DNA of 64,000 bases from the human T2T-CHM13v2.0 reference genome, Homo sapiens. A program made the position numbers and the translations under genes. Below, piece by piece: positions 1 through 15,671 of this stretch. The stretch is from the NCBI RefSeq assembly GCF_009914755.1, contig NC_060927.1; one strand, 5' to 3'. Under the pieces are notes generated by a model. That model saw nothing but the letters and a program-made list of their open reading frames with translations. It did not search any database and was not told where the DNA came from. The first letter of the stretch is position 1. Every line of letters starts with the position of its first letter.

Positions 1-104
1 TTCACAAGCTCATGCACTCTCACAGTGCAAGCAACTAACAAATACCCTGCCATCCCACCAATAGATTAGGCCTCTCCAGCCTGGTACGTCAGTGAATGAC
101 TTAC

Positions 105-332
105 CTTGAAGACAGAGTGTGGACTTCATAAACAAACTGCCTAGGTTTGAATCATGACCTTGCCACTTATTAGCTGTGCAACTTTGGCTCATCCCTGAAC
201 CCCAGTTTCTTTATTCGTAACTAGGAATGATATACTTACCTGCAGGGAGTTAGGATTAAGTAATATAATACATGTACTAATAAATCATTTAGCACAGGTC
301 TGACATGTACAGTATATGTTCAATAAATGTTA
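105..332 (+). mobile_element. MIR SINE relic
   Basis: MIR core motifs: 'ggtttgaatc...ccacttattagctgtgcaactttgg...cagtttcttt', ending 'ttagcacagg...caataaatgtta'. Boundaries approximate. Confidence 0.7.
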
Positions 333-845
333 AATGTAATAGAAAACGGCTGATTCTTTTAAACCCTGTAGCTGTTTTGGAACACACTGTTCAGTGCTTC
401 AAAATCCTTTCTTGGAAAATGTCTAGGTGGAGAACCCAATACCAAAACCCAGATGTGACAAGGCTTAGGAGTTTCAACCACTCTTTGTACCAGCAGGGTT
501 CAATCAGGAAAGCAGAACCAAAAATAATACAGAATAATGGATTTATTATAGGAATTAGATCTTATACAATTGATATGAGGCCAAAGGTATATAGTGAGAG
601 TAAGTCCTAAAAAATCTTTTGAAATCTCAATGAAAAATATTTTTATATATACTTATGGTGTAAGAAGAACCAATCAGAGTAAAATTTGGACTGTCTCTGG
701 GAAAGAGGAGTCTCAAACTGGAGAACAAAAAAATTCGGCTCCTTGTGACATGGTTTGAATCCTGGATCAAGTCTTACCTGGTCTGTTTACTTACATAAGA
801 CAACAAATTCTCTTTTTTTGATTTAAAAAAAAAGAAAAATATTTT

Positions 846-971
846 TATATATAAAATAGATACACATAGATATATGTGTATATCTATATATAAAATGTAT
901 GTGTATGTGTGTGTATATATGTGTATATATATACATATATATATATGTGTATATATATATGTATATATATA
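846..971. repeat. (TA)n/(TG)n/(CA)n compound microsatellite
   Basis: Directly visible alternating TA/TG/CA run. Confidence 0.9.
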
Positions 972-1099
972 CAGAGACACTGGAAGAAAACTTACCAAAA
1001 TCTTTATAGTGGACATCTCTGATTGATGGGATAATGGAGAGGTTTTATTTTCATTTTCATTTACTTGCTTTCTAATTTTGTACACTAAACAAGTATTCA

Positions 1100-1407
<308 letters not shown>

Positions 1408-4400
1408 GAAGACAAATATTCAAACTAGAAATTATTTGTTAATACTTATTGTTAATTTACTTCTTAATCTGCCTTGCATTTTTTTTTTCTCTGTAGAAAA
1501 CTCAAAATAATGTATTATAGGCACTTGTAATTATAAAGTTAATTATGGGAGAGAGACAAGGTAGATAGGAATTGGAGAATATCAGGCCTGGAAGTGTCAA
1601 AGGCAGTATCGTCCAACTCATCATTTAATAAATGGGAACATTAAAGAGCACAAAGTCAAATTGTTGTCCAAGACCACAAAGAGCCTGGAGAGAACCAGGA
1701 CTCCACGCCCCTTGGCTGAGTGTTCCTTCTTCGCCGTACTTCCATCTCTCTAGAGTCACACCTATGGTTGATTTTATGATGCTGATAATGATCAAGAGGA
1801 GGAAAGAGGAGAGAAATTGTCCCATAATTTTGGCCTTATTTGCAGGAATTGGAAAATTTCTCCCACAGCCAGACACACTCAATTGGTTAGTTTTCTTCAA
1901 AACCCTGCCCACAGCAGCATTCTGATCAACATCCATCACTTTCCTTCCCAGGATTCCAGAGGAGATCCAGGTGGTGATCAAAGAGGAGACCCTGTTGGCA
2001 AAGCTCCCTTCTGGCACTGATGAACTGGATGTAAGGTCTATCTCTTGTCCCTCTGAATGATAACAAAAATATGCTTACCTAAAGTTGCTCCCTGGATCTC
2101 AACAGAAACTTCATAACTGGTCATTGCTTCCAGAAAACCTTCCTACCATTCAGGCTTACACATAGCTGGCCACTCAGCTAAGACAAGTAATGGGCTGAGA
2201 AAAATCAAATAAAAGTGTGTGGTTTTGATATATGCATTTTATTACTGGCATTAGTCAAGTAATCATGGGCCAGTGAATTTTCAAAGCAGCCTTTTAATAC
2301 TCAAGCACAGTGCAGAGTAAGAAGGATGAGAATATGACCTTTTCAAAGCCCCATTTTTCTTAGGCCTTTTAGTAACTCCATGGCCCCAACTCTGGAATCT
2401 GAAGACTTAATCTTAAAAGATTATGTGGGAAGAGGCAGCAAGGTGTAGATAAAAACATGCTGAGCCTAAAGTCGAAAAACTGGAGACTATATTTTGATGG
2501 TAAATATCAGATGTATGACCCTGGCAAGGCATTTGACTTTCTGGCCCTGGTTTCCTCCATGAAAAACTGGGATAATATTCATATTTGTCATTTGTAACTA
2601 CTACTGTGTTGTTCAAAGATAAACAGAAAGGGTATAAGATATTCGAATATTATTATTTTCATTAATTATAATTATAGTATTAGTGCTCAATTGCATTAGG
2701 CTTCTCCTTAAAACAAAATTGCTTGTATGTCTGAATGGATCAGGAAAAGAAGATGGGAGGGGCAAAAAAAGGAAAATCACTCTTTTCCTGGAAAGCGTTG
2801 TTGTTTAATTCTTTTCTTGGAGTAAAAAATCCCAGCCACGCCGTAGGGAACAGAACATAGGCTTCTCTTTGATGTCACCCCTCACCCAATAGTATCACTT
2901 CCCTTTTTTCACCAACCGCTTCAAAGATCTTACGTCTGGGCTTCTGTAGTGACCACGCCAAACATTTAAATCCCCCACTTAAACAAGTACCAGAGACGAA
3001 ACAACCAAAAGAAAGACAAAGCAAGAGGAGAGAGGGTAGAAAGAGAACAATACAATCGTGTTCTTTGAAAGGATGATGGTTAATAAGACTTACTTTAGTT
3101 TAGAGCCAAATAGTTTTCTTCCAACAGAGACGGTCATAGCAAACCCAGACAGGAGCGGGCAGGAGCAGAGACGTGAGCCCTGCTCTCTAACTAGTGGTGT
3201 TATCACCCATTTGTGGCTCCTGAGAGAGAACAGCGGGGCAAGCCAGGCCTTAGCACTGTGCCTTGCATTAATTAACAAGCACGGACCTGGCCTTTCAGGT
3301 ACACCAGGGATGGGCCTCTCTCCCTCGTCTTAGGTTCTGCCGGAAGCCAGGGTGAGTCCTGTACAGATTCTGAACCCTTCTTTATGTGCACAGACCCAAC
3401 TCTCACGCCTACCGATGTTGGTCTGTGCTACTCCTTCATCCAGGCAGCAAATCAGCACGGACCCAGGGTAAGTCATAGAAATCAGGAAAATGAGGAAGTT
3501 ACAGAGCCTGCTAAGGAGCCCAAGAAGTGAGAGTTAGGGCAGAAAGCCTCTTCAGTCACTCCTTCACCAGGCCATTCTTTTATTCCTGAGTCACCCTCCA
3601 CACCCCAGCGTTCAAACTGAGACCCATCACTCTTACCAGGTATGGACAGATGCTGCAAATGCTGCCTTTTGTACGACTATGGCAATTTGACACGATGTTC
3701 TTCCTGTTGTGTTTGAAATCTCCCCATGCACTTCCTTTCAAGTGGTTATTTCTTAGCTGGATCGAGGAAAGACCAGCCTTGCATAAGACAAAGCCAGTGA
3801 TCATTAGCCAGCATGGAGCCGTGAGCAGTGCATGCGTAGTTATACTAATTGGTTGATTGATGCAGGTTCTGTTGGAAAATACTGCATTTTAAGGAAGTGC
3901 AACCTTTTAACTTCTGACATGGAGTAGGCAGCATGCCAAGAGAAGGACTGGACTAGTCATAGAACAATCCGTTGAGCCGTGGGCACTGAATTGAGCACAA
4001 AATAAGCAGGGTTCACAGATTCGCAGAGGACCCAAGGAGAAGAGAGCCAGCAGGTAATTGTCAGGTACCACAGCAAATACCAGTAAGGTGATCTTGGCCC
4101 CTCCTGTTTGCCAGGTCCAGGTTTGGGCATGTCAGTTACCTCTATTACACATTTTTTTCCCCAGTGCTGCCATCTATATTTAATTAAATTGCATTATGCA
4201 GAACCCCATGGCTCAGAATCCTGGAATATTAGTGTCTTTAGTATTAAAAGACTCAATTAGCCCATGTGCACAGCGGGCTTCTCTCTCTTCCCCAAAAGGG
4301 TAGGACAACTTGTTGTTTTTGTTGTTTTTTAATATATCCAAAAATAAAACTCATTACTCACATTCCCAGAGTGGGCCTGGTAAGAGTAAATGGAACCAAA

Positions 4401-5489
4401 GAATCATAAAATTTTTGGATTACTCCATATCTGAATCTCCAACATATAATGCCCCTACCAAAGTGTCTATCCAGATTTTTCTTAGGTATCTCAGGGCAAG
4501 GAACTCTCCACCTTCCAAGGTGGCTCATACCATGGTTGATCACATTTAGAAGTTGAAGAGTTTAAATTTGGACTTATTTATTTGTTCAATTATAGGAAGA
4601 AATTTACCACAGCAAATTAGCACTTACCAATGATATCTGGGGGCTATGGGCATGGCTACTGACCTCAATGGATGCAAATAGGATCTATGACCACAGAATA
4701 TACCCCCACTCTCAACTTATATGTAAGTCTTTGGTCAGCAAAATGGATAGACAAAATTATATGCCGCACACAGTACACATCTATTGACAGGACTAGAGGA
4801 ATATTTATAAATCATAGATTTAGGTATTGATGATAAAGGCTTATATGGGAATCTTCCCTTGGTCACAGAGAAGGGAGCTAGATCTGGTCTACTTTGATTT
4901 TGGCTTGTAGGGGATCATGTGAAAACCAGGTCAATATCACATTCTTGGAAATGAGATGGACAGTTATTATGTCCTAGCTCCTTAGTCATTTTTACAGGTT
5001 TTTCCTCTTCTCTTTTGTCTTGAACCCATGCCCTAGGTCAGAAAATCATAGAATTAAATTCCTAATACAGTTTTGGAACTGAAATTTTCCCAGAAGAAAT
5101 CTTATCTGATTTTCTTATCCCGAAACTAGAAAATTGAGGCCTGGAAAAAGTAGGCAGCTAGCCCAAGTTCACAGAGCTCTTTTGAGATGAAGCCAGAACT
5201 AAAATAAGTCTCCCAGCACCTAGTGGAGTGCTTTACTCTTTATTATCAATGATAATATGTTGAGTATGTACAGGGTGTGATGGTTTCTCTAATGTGCTTT
5301 GGAGCAGGAACTATAGAAAGTTTTGTGGAACAGAGAAATGAGCCAACCCTGTAGTCTCCCCAGGTGGCAACCTTGTGGAGTGAGGATTGCTAATAGGCCT
5401 TTTAAATGATCAAAACACAACAAATAAACAATGCAAACACTGTCTGATTGTATCTGCATGCAAATAAATCAAAATGATCCCCCGATAAG

Positions 5490-5690
5490 ATGCTAGTTAT
5501 TAAGCATCTACTGTGATCTAGCCACTTTACGTACATTATAGCACTCATCTTCCCAATGACTCTGTAAGATTGGTGTTATTATGCTTGTTTTTCAGGTGAG
5601 TAAACTGAGGCTCAGAAGACCGATAGCCAATGTAGCAGAGATAAGATTTAGAGGCCAGTCTTCTGGCCTCAAAATCTGTGCTGTTTTTCA
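5490..5690 (-). mobile_element. MIR relic
   Basis: 'ttattaagcatctactgtg...ttttcaggtgagtaaactgaggctcagaa' is the antisense MIR core. Confidence 0.65.
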
Positions 5691-6654
5691 CCATGTCTAC
5701 CATCTTCTCCAGATTTCTCAAACCCATTCTGTGTCCCATCCACCAACAAAGCCCACACATTTTATATGGCTGGTGCTGGTATGGAAAAAACTTGAGACTT
5801 TTTAAAAATTCCATGGCTATTAGTTTAATTATCTCATCAGTCAGTTAAGGAAGTATCTCCTTTATTTATTGGTGTGTTCCTCATATTTAATGCATGTTAT
5901 TAATGTATTAAATTAATAATAGTAATGCAAATTAAAACTGTAGCATCTGGTGTTAAGCGGCAATGCTTGATATACAAACTTAAATAAATAAATAACATTC
6001 TGAAATATTTATTTACCAGTCATAATTTTAAAAAATGTTTATACTAAAACATGTTTATAGTAAAGACTATCTGCAAAATTGAAAATCAGAACTTGTGGGA
6101 TTTTTTTGCAGTAATGCTAAGTCCAGCATTTGGTTATAAATTCTTTGCATACATTTTTTTCTTTAATGTATGCATTTTTAAAATATATATTTTGATGTTT
6201 TAAATAGAAAACATGGATTAAATAAATATTTGCCTTAATAAAGAAAGAGCTACTTTCCAGGTTAGAGTAATATTTATATACGAACAATAGATCATGGGTT
6301 CTAATAGTTCCAATGGTCCGAAAGTAAAAGAAAATGAAACATAAGATTTTAGCAGAATCCTTCCATTGCTGCTGTTAAAGTCTTGGGTGAAAGTCCATAA
6401 ACATAAAACATAATGGTCTATGGGGAGTTCTACTGCAGAGGACAATTATGTGGCAGTTTAGAGAAGCCAGTCCTTGGGCTGATGAAAGAAGGTCATCTTG
6501 TGAATAAAGTTGTTATGAGATGTAAGATGTATGATTTATACTCTTGTTTCATACCCAAGTGATATGTAAGCATCTTCTCTTCCTTCTAAAACTCACTGAG
6601 AATTCTTCAGTTCAAATATACAAACAATTAGAGTCAGCAATAGAAGCACAATAA

Positions 6655-6870
6655 AAATAGCTAACCTCCAGTGAATGCTTAGTACAAGCCAGGCACTGTT
6701 CTATGCACTTACAGCTATTAACTCTCAGTCTTCATAATAAGTCGGTGCATAAGGAACTGTTATTATATCTACTTTTACAAATGCCCAAGTTTGTACAGCT
6801 GCTACATGAGGGAGTCTTTGTTCAGAGCGAGGCAGTGGCTCCAGGGCCTGGGGTCTTTTTAACACAGTGC
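6655..6870 (-). mobile_element. MIR relic
   Basis: 'aatagctaac...gccaggcactgttcta...ttattatatctacttttacaaatg'. Confidence 0.65.
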
Positions 6871-7846
6871 TTCACTGCCTCTATCAAGTCCTGGTCAGTG
6901 GACAGGTCTTCCACTCCAGAGACAGTAGCCCAAGTAGCAAGAGTGAAGTCTGCTATGTGGTAAGTGTTTGAGGAGGATCTTTGTGGTTTCTGCCACCTCA
7001 ATGCCACCATCTTCCTTACCAGAGAGAACTTCCTATTTTGATGGGTGAGTCATCTAGTTATTCTTCGTGATCTTCAGTTCAATTTCCTCTTTAAGGAGAA
7101 GCTTATTCATGCTCAGAATTAGACTTGTCTTACCGGTTACCTCTGAATATTCTGTTGATCATTCTCTGAGGTTGAATAATCTTTTCTCTGCCAACATCTA
7201 CCCTTCCCTAAACTTGAAAAATACCAGTCAATGCTCATCTTCCTAAAATGTAAGCCCCCAAAAAACAGGACTCACGTCTGTTGAAAAATGACTCACCTCT
7301 GCGGCCTTCTTGTCTCAGCAGTCCCCTAGACATCTGCCCTAGTATAGATCCTTTCAGTCATTGAACTCAGCAAACATTCATTGTGCAGTCACTATGGAAA
7401 GAGGATGTGAGGTCCTGCACATGGAGTGAGAACATTCATACTAGAAGATTCACACTTTCTTCATTCATGTATTTATTCATTCACTCAATTAAGAAGCATT
7501 TATTAAGCACTTCCTGTGCCAAACACCTACAATAAATGGAGGCATGGATGTTAAGAATTAAGGATTTACACTGGAAATCCCTGGTTTCCAATTTGACTTC
7601 ACCTAATACCTGTGAACTCTGGCAACTTTCTTAACCTCTCTGGGCCCCTGTTACTTCATTTCCAAAATGAAAACTACCAGTATCAACAGCCTTATTTAGC
7701 TGTGATGGTTAAAAGAGATCACACATGTTAAGTGTTTGATAAATGTCATCCATTAGGTAACGGGCATAATCCTTGTTCTCAAGGAAACAACAAACTCAGG
7801 AGAAGACAAATTATTAGAATGTGAAGTACAAATAAAAATGATAAGG

Positions 7847-8008
7847 GGCTGGGCACAGTAACTCACACCTGTAATCTCAACTTTGGGAGACTGAGGTGGG
7901 AGGATTGCTTGAGACCAAGAGTTCAAAACCAGCCTGAGAAACACAGTGAGACCCTATCTCTAAAATATATATATATATACACATACATATACACATATAT
8001 ATATATAT

Positions 8009-8067
<59 letters not shown>

Positions 8068-8247
8068 CCAGGTGTGATGGCACATGTCTATAGTCTCACC
8101 TGCTCAGGAGTCTGAGATGGGAGGATCACTTGAGACCAGGAGTTTGAGGCTGCAGTGAACCGTGATCATGCCACTGCACTCCAGCCTGGGTGACAGGGTG
8201 AGACCCTGTTTCTGAAATAGATAAATAAATGAATAAATAAATAAATA
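7847..8247 (+). mobile_element. AluJ with its central linker expanded into a (TA)n microsatellite
   Basis: J-type 'ggaggattgcttgag' and 'ggaggatcacttgag...gaggctgcagtgaa'. TSD aatgataag at 7837-7845 and 8257-8265. Confidence 0.93.
7965..8063. repeat. (TA)n microsatellite with CA interruptions
   Basis: About 100 bp TA run between the Alu arms. Confidence 0.95.
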
Positions 8248-11200
8248 ATTTTTTAGAATGATAAGTGGCGCTCAGATTAAGGTTGAGATGACTTACAACA
8301 GAGAAAATCAACGAAGACTTCCTTTTAGAAGGAGGCTGCATTTGAGCAGGTCTGCACACACAGACATGCAGAGGACAGGCATTCCAGGAGGTGGAGATGC
8401 CCCAACAAACAAGTGGAGGTATTAAAGAGTAAGTTCATGTTCTGAACTCCTGAGTCACTGGGTGATTAATTTGACAAAAGTATAGGAGACATAAAGGGGA
8501 TAGGCTGTGCCAATCCTAGAGAAAAGAGTTGGAAATATCTTGGTGAGCACCATGAAAACTAGTTGAGCAATTTGGGTTCCATACAAAATGGGCCAGGCAT
8601 GTAGCTGTACATTTATGTGCATTATTCACTAGTTTCTTTTTTGTTTTCAACTGTGGATGGGTGTGACATCTGTATTCTCACCTTTAGATTTTAAGTAATC
8701 TATTCCTTCATGTTTGGGGAATTTGATCACCTCCCAATGTGTTTAACCATCCATCATGTCACTTGAGCGATTAGTTGCCCTATGAAGAAGGCTCATGGTG
8801 GAGATGAGCCCATTTTACCAACGAAGAAACTCACATGGAGAGGTGGGATAACCCGTCTGTTCCAACAGCTGTTACTTGAATGGGTTGGGGTGGGAATTTC
8901 ATGGCTCCTGATTCTAAGACCCTTTCTGATTTCTGAGGTGGAGGGATGCAAGCCCACTGCGACAGGGAAGCTGAGGCCATGTTTCCTTAGTGCCAAGAAG
9001 AGAAATTTTGACAACAGGGCCCTGCAGCTTGGGGTTGCTTCTGCCACCACTGGCTACTCTCTTTTGCTGCAGTTTGCAGCAATGAGTGCTATGCAAAATG
9101 AAATTAGCTATAGATATTTCCTTCCTCTCCTGGTTGGCCTACTGGGTACTTTTCCTCTGGCCACACCCCAGGTTTCTTAAAGGCCTTTGAAAGAAATTGT
9201 TATTGACTAAACTTTGGAGTTACCTATGATGAAAATCCAGTCTCTCATTTCTTTTGTCCTCCATGGATGAGTTGGGCTCTTAACGTGAACCTTGGGAAAT
9301 CAGAGGTCCAGTTTGCTTTATTTAGATTTCAGGACACTAGACTTTTTTGTGTGTGAAGAGCTCAAAGTTCTACTGAAGGTAAAAGTATCCTATGTCCCAG
9401 TGTCTCGACCCATTTAAGTAATTCATCTTCCTCTGCTCCAACTCCTAATTTCATATCCCCTGAGGCTGGACATTCTCCTTATTCCTTTCCTTAAGCAGTT
9501 ACATAAAAGAGCAGTTCGGATACGAACCAGTTTTTAAGCATACCCCCACAGGCAAGTTGTTCGAGTGTAAATTATTTACATAAAATAATTTAAGTATATA
9601 GGTAATTATCTAACAATTTATCTGGAAATTTGTGAGGTCTAAAAAGGAGGCTCTGTGACTATGTGTTCTGTGTTGTCTAAAGTGTGAACAGTAGTCCTTG
9701 CACATATTAAGCTACCAATCATTTTTGTTAAATGAATCAGTTAATAATTGTGCATGTGTTTCTCTATATGAAGTGTAGAGCTACAGGCTGTGATCCCTTA
9801 CAATGGTTTTCTTTAGCTTAAATTTTCTTATGCATTCCTGCCTGTTCCCCTCCAACCTTCTGCCCCCTACACACACACAAACACACAGACACACATATAC
9901 ACACATCCACTCATTAGCTTTCACATTTTGCCTGTGTTGTATTGTGCCGAATACCTTGATTGAAGGCCATTTAAGACCTTTTGAGAGTTTTATTTTTACA
10001 GAGGTGCTATAAAATAGCAGGAACATCACACATACTAAAAACTTGTCTTTTTCACTTAACAGTTATGAGATCTTAGTCAAGTTTCTCCGATGCTTTGGGC
10101 TTTAGTTTCCTCATCTCTAAAATGGAGATAATAATGAAGAATTAACGTGAGATCATGAGAAATAAAATACTTATCCAGTCTCTGGCAAGTGCTCAGTAAA
10201 TGTTTGTTAAGATGACAATAGTGATTCTTTTTTGACTAGATGAAAGAAATGATATGATAATATTATAAGCTGTAAATTAACTTCCTCTCTTGTGGTAAGA
10301 GATTAGATATAAAAATCCAATAAAATATTTTAATTATTCAGGCATTTATTGTACACATAGATTATTTATTTAACTAAAGTATTTGAGAAGGCTTACAATA
10401 AAATAGTATAAACAATATTATAGTCAACATTTGGATTAGTAAAAACATAAGCCAATTATGGAAACTTAATATTTATATAGTCATTTACAGACTACCTGAG
10501 GTATTTCCAAACACTATCTATTTTAATTCTTAATTTCCACAACAACTACGTTAGGGAGGTATTATCATTTATCCTATCTGAGAGGGAATGAAGTGACTTG
10601 TCCTACTTCTCACTGTTTATATGTGGTTAAGGGATGCAGAAATGTTCAGGAGCCCAGGGTCACAGTGTTATTTCTCTCAAATAAAAGAGCTAAGACTCAA
10701 TTACCCCTTGGTGTTTACTTAAACCACTGAGTTCTCTTTTCTAAGGTCAAGGCTATGCTGAAGAGGGAATAAGGCAATCACCAGCTCTGGCACTAGATAG
10801 GTCTGATTTAAATCCTAGCCCTACTGCTGTCCAGGTGTTATGACCTGAGGCAAGTCACACACAGTTCTCTGAGTTTTAGCTGACTAGTCTATACGATAGA
10901 ACAATGACACCTTACTGATTATTGTGAAGTTTAAATAAGACAGTGCTTACTATGGGGACAGACATGTAGCGCACTGGGCACTTGTGTATGTTGGGCTATT
11001 TACAAGTCCGACTGTGGCTTTGATGGCCCTGGGGCTAAAGAGTCTTGACTGTCAGAAGGTACAATGCAGAAAGAAGGTATGTGTTTGGGAGAGAGGGATG
11101 TTTGAAAGGAGGAAAACCAAGGTAAACAGAAAGAAGGAGAGCTTATGGAAGGAATCGGAGTCTGTGGCTTCCCAGCCCATTGGACCTGGAAAGTAGACAG

Positions 11201-12214
11201 CAGAGTATGGGAGAAGAATAGAATGGGAATCAGGAGATATGAGTTCTAGATATAGTGTTGCTAATTTAATCATGTGACAGCAGATTCCTCTGCTTTCTGA
11301 GCCTCAGTTTATTGTCCAAAGAAAAGGTGGGGGCATCAGAGAATCTGACCTCTAAAGTTTCTTTCAGGCTTTATTTTCTATCACAGGTTCCCAGAAACAA
11401 AGGTTTGGCTAGGGACATAAAAGCGCTGAACCCAGAAGTTGTGGGTGTGCCTATTTTGGCTCATAAATGCTAACTGATTTGAAATATTAAATACTTTAAT
11501 TTTGTGTCTAAACAAATTTTCCCTTAGTTATATGCAAACCCTAAGAAAATAAAGGTTATTATTCACCTTGATTCCATTCTATATCTTATGTATAGCAACA
11601 AACTGGAAAAAACGTCATCTAAATCAGGCAAGAGTTGGATTTACCAGCAACTCTCAGCCTTCCTGTGCCATAATAAGGGAACAAGTTGGATCAAAAGATT
11701 TCCAGCTGTGCTGTCACTTTAATGATCAGACTAGATCAGCTAATTATGATAATGCCTCAGTGATAGACAGCAGGGCTCCTATCAAAACAAAGAGCGAAAA
11801 GGAAGAGAAGGAGCAAGAAGGAAAAGAGAGGAGGGGGTGAAGGAAGAAAAAGTAGACAGAAAAAAGGAAGAAGGAATTGACATGGATGGCAATTCATGAT
11901 TTACAAAGCACCTAAGCGAAATAATATATCCCATCTTAATCCTCGTAAACACCTCATAATTATTACATGATTGCAGAAGAGGAAACAAAAGCCCAGAGAA
12001 CTGAAGTGATTGCCATAGGCTAAATGAATTGACTCATTTTCTTTTCACATATCACCTTCTGTATTGTAAAAGAGTTCATATGCATGGTCTCTGAGGATAA
12101 GACCTGGGTTACATTCAGGCCTCTTCTCTCTGCAGAATCTGAGGTTCAAAATCTTGCACACAGTAGGTGCTCAGTAGATGTGTTTTGGACAAATGAGCAT
12201 ATCTGCAGAAATAG

Positions 12215-12509
<295 letters not shown>

Positions 12510-13499
12510 CCAGAGTATATCTTAAAGTAAGATGTTGTAGAGCTGGAATTCTTTCTCCCCTGATTTCATTCTTTTGGTGATGGGCAGGATGTAGCTGGGA
12601 CTGTCTACCCAGACATTAACACTCATCTTTTCAGGAATCAGTCTAAGAAGTCAGATAAAGGCTTTTAGTCATTTACTGAGCAATTTCATGGAGTTGTATA
12701 CACTTTGAGAAACTCTCAAACCGGTTATCTTATGCCATGAGGTGGTTAAGCAGGAATTGTTTGTGACTCATATTTTGCAGAAGAGAAGACTGTGGTCTGA
12801 GGAAATTAAGTGGCTTGTTTGAGCTCACCCAGTGTGGAGTGGTTGAGCCTGGATTTGAAATCTTCCACCGAGGCTCTGGGCCCTGTTCCCAGAGTTCTTA
12901 CTCTGTGTACATCTCTGGCACCTCCTGATATCTCAGCCAGCTAAATAGAAATGCTGCCTGCCTGAGCCCAAGCCATCTGGTATTGTTAACACTCATAGAA
13001 TCAGGATAATATAACAGCCTTACAATCTAAAGAAAATGCTTTACATCGGTGTAGTCACTGTTGGATGACATAGTTACTTAGCACCTCTGTCTGTAGAATT
13101 GTTTAAGTTTCTCAGGAGAAAAAGAAAGCGTAAGTCATTTGGACTCTATAACTTGGTAGAAATGGCCCCATGAGGGTGTGACAGGATAAGACTCCTCAAG
13201 TCTACTGTACTTTTTCCAGTTGACTGCTCTGTCGACCCTTTGGCAGTGCCCAGAAATTTGCCATGTTGACTATGATCTTAAAGGGATAGTTGATTTTTAA
13301 GGTCATTAGTTTTATATCTGAGAAAACAATAAATGTTTCCTAATTTGAGTTATTCCATCAGAGAACATACACGTTGCCTCTCAAAATAAAATAATTATGT
13401 ATAAAAATATACAGTATTTGTCTTTAAAAAATAAACGTTAAAGTGGACAAAAGATACATTTCAAAAATAGTCATCGTGAGAAAAGCAGCTCACTCTGAA

Positions 13500-14450
<951 letters not shown>

Positions 14451-14679
14451 AGTCTATACTGTTGGCGCCAAATAAAGAGAAATCATTGGGTTATGTTTAG
14501 GGATAACTTAAAGGCTTGAACCATGAGACAGAGAGTTTATGGAAGTTTAAACTCAATTTAGTTATGTGATTGTTTCTACCTCTCTAGAGTAATGCAAATA
14601 AATATTATCTTTGATAAATATATAGGCAATTTTTCCTTCCAGCTGTGGAAAATAATGTTCCATATGACTTCTCTTAGTT

Positions 14680-14977
14680 TTTTGTTTTGTTTTGTTTGCT
14701 TTATTTTTTATTTATTTATTTTTTTTGAGATAGGGTCTCACTCTGTTGCTGAGGTGCAATCACAGTTCACTGCGGTCTTGAACTCCCTAGCTCAAGGATC
14801 CTCCCACTTCTGTCAGTGTGCACCACCATACTCAGCTAATTTTTTTTTTCTACTTTTTGTGGAGACAGGGTCTTGCTTTGCTGTCCAGGCTGGTTTTGAA
14901 TTCCTAGGCTCAAGCAATCCTCCCTCCTTGGTCTTCTAAAGTGCTGGGATTACAGGCATGAGCCACTGAACCCGGCC
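14680..14977 (-). mobile_element. AluJ, internally deleted
   Basis: 'gagatagggtctcactctg...ctcaagcaatcctccc...ccggcc'; TSD cttctcttagtt. Confidence 0.9.
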
Positions 14978-15341
14978 AGCTTCTCTTAGTTCTTAATGAT
15001 TTGAATCATAAAGTGAGAGGTAAGCTAAATAATTTAGCTGATTCTTAAGTGTTAAGAGAAGCAAAAGAAAAAATCCTTAGGACTTCACAGAAGTTAATAG
15101 TAGAGTACATTACAATCAGAAAAGCTGAAATTCTCTCAGCCACATCAATATTATGATCTTAACCTATGAAAGAAGCAGAGGTTGTTAAACTTGGAAGAGA
15201 TCCCACTTTGTAGGTGAAGAAACTGAGACACACAAGGGAGATAAACAGTCCAAGTTACATGAAAGTTATTGAGTTTGGACCAGAATCTGATTCTCAGTCT
15301 CACATTTGTCTTCTCCATTAGAAGTTTTCTTCATAAATACA

Positions 15342-15657
15342 CAAGTTGAACAGCCCTAATCTGAAAATCTGAAATCTGAACTGCTCCAAAATCCAAAAGT
15401 TTTTGAGGACTGACATGATGCCATGAGTGGAAAATCCAACACATAAGTGTTTAACAAAAACTTTGTTTCATGTGCAAAATTATTAAATATATTGTGTAAA
15501 TTACCTTTAGGCTATGTGTATAAACATAAACGAATTTTGCATTTATACTTGGGTCCCATCCCCAGTATATGCAACTATTTCAAAATCTGAAGAAAAAAAA
15601 ATTGAAATCCGAAACACTTCTGGTCCCAGGCATTTTGGATAAGAAATACTCAACATG
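15342..15657. mobile_element. Tigger4/MER46 (Zombi)-type DNA transposon MITE
   Basis: Degenerate TIRs 'caagttgaacagccctaatctgaaaat' and 'ttttggataagaaatactcaacatg'; internal 'acacttctggtcccaggcattttggataag'. Confidence 0.8.
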
Positions 15658-15671
15658 TGCTTTGTTTCTGA

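Noticed and set aside
95-245. Two perfect minus-strand donors (AAG|GTAAGT, CAG|GTAAGT)
   Set aside because: They lie at or within a MIR relic, no convincing paired acceptor was found, and such matches are expected by chance in 64 kb.
4670-5935. Three ATGCAAAT octamer motifs
   Set aside because: They are spread over 1.3 kb of AT-rich DNA and not clearly above chance.
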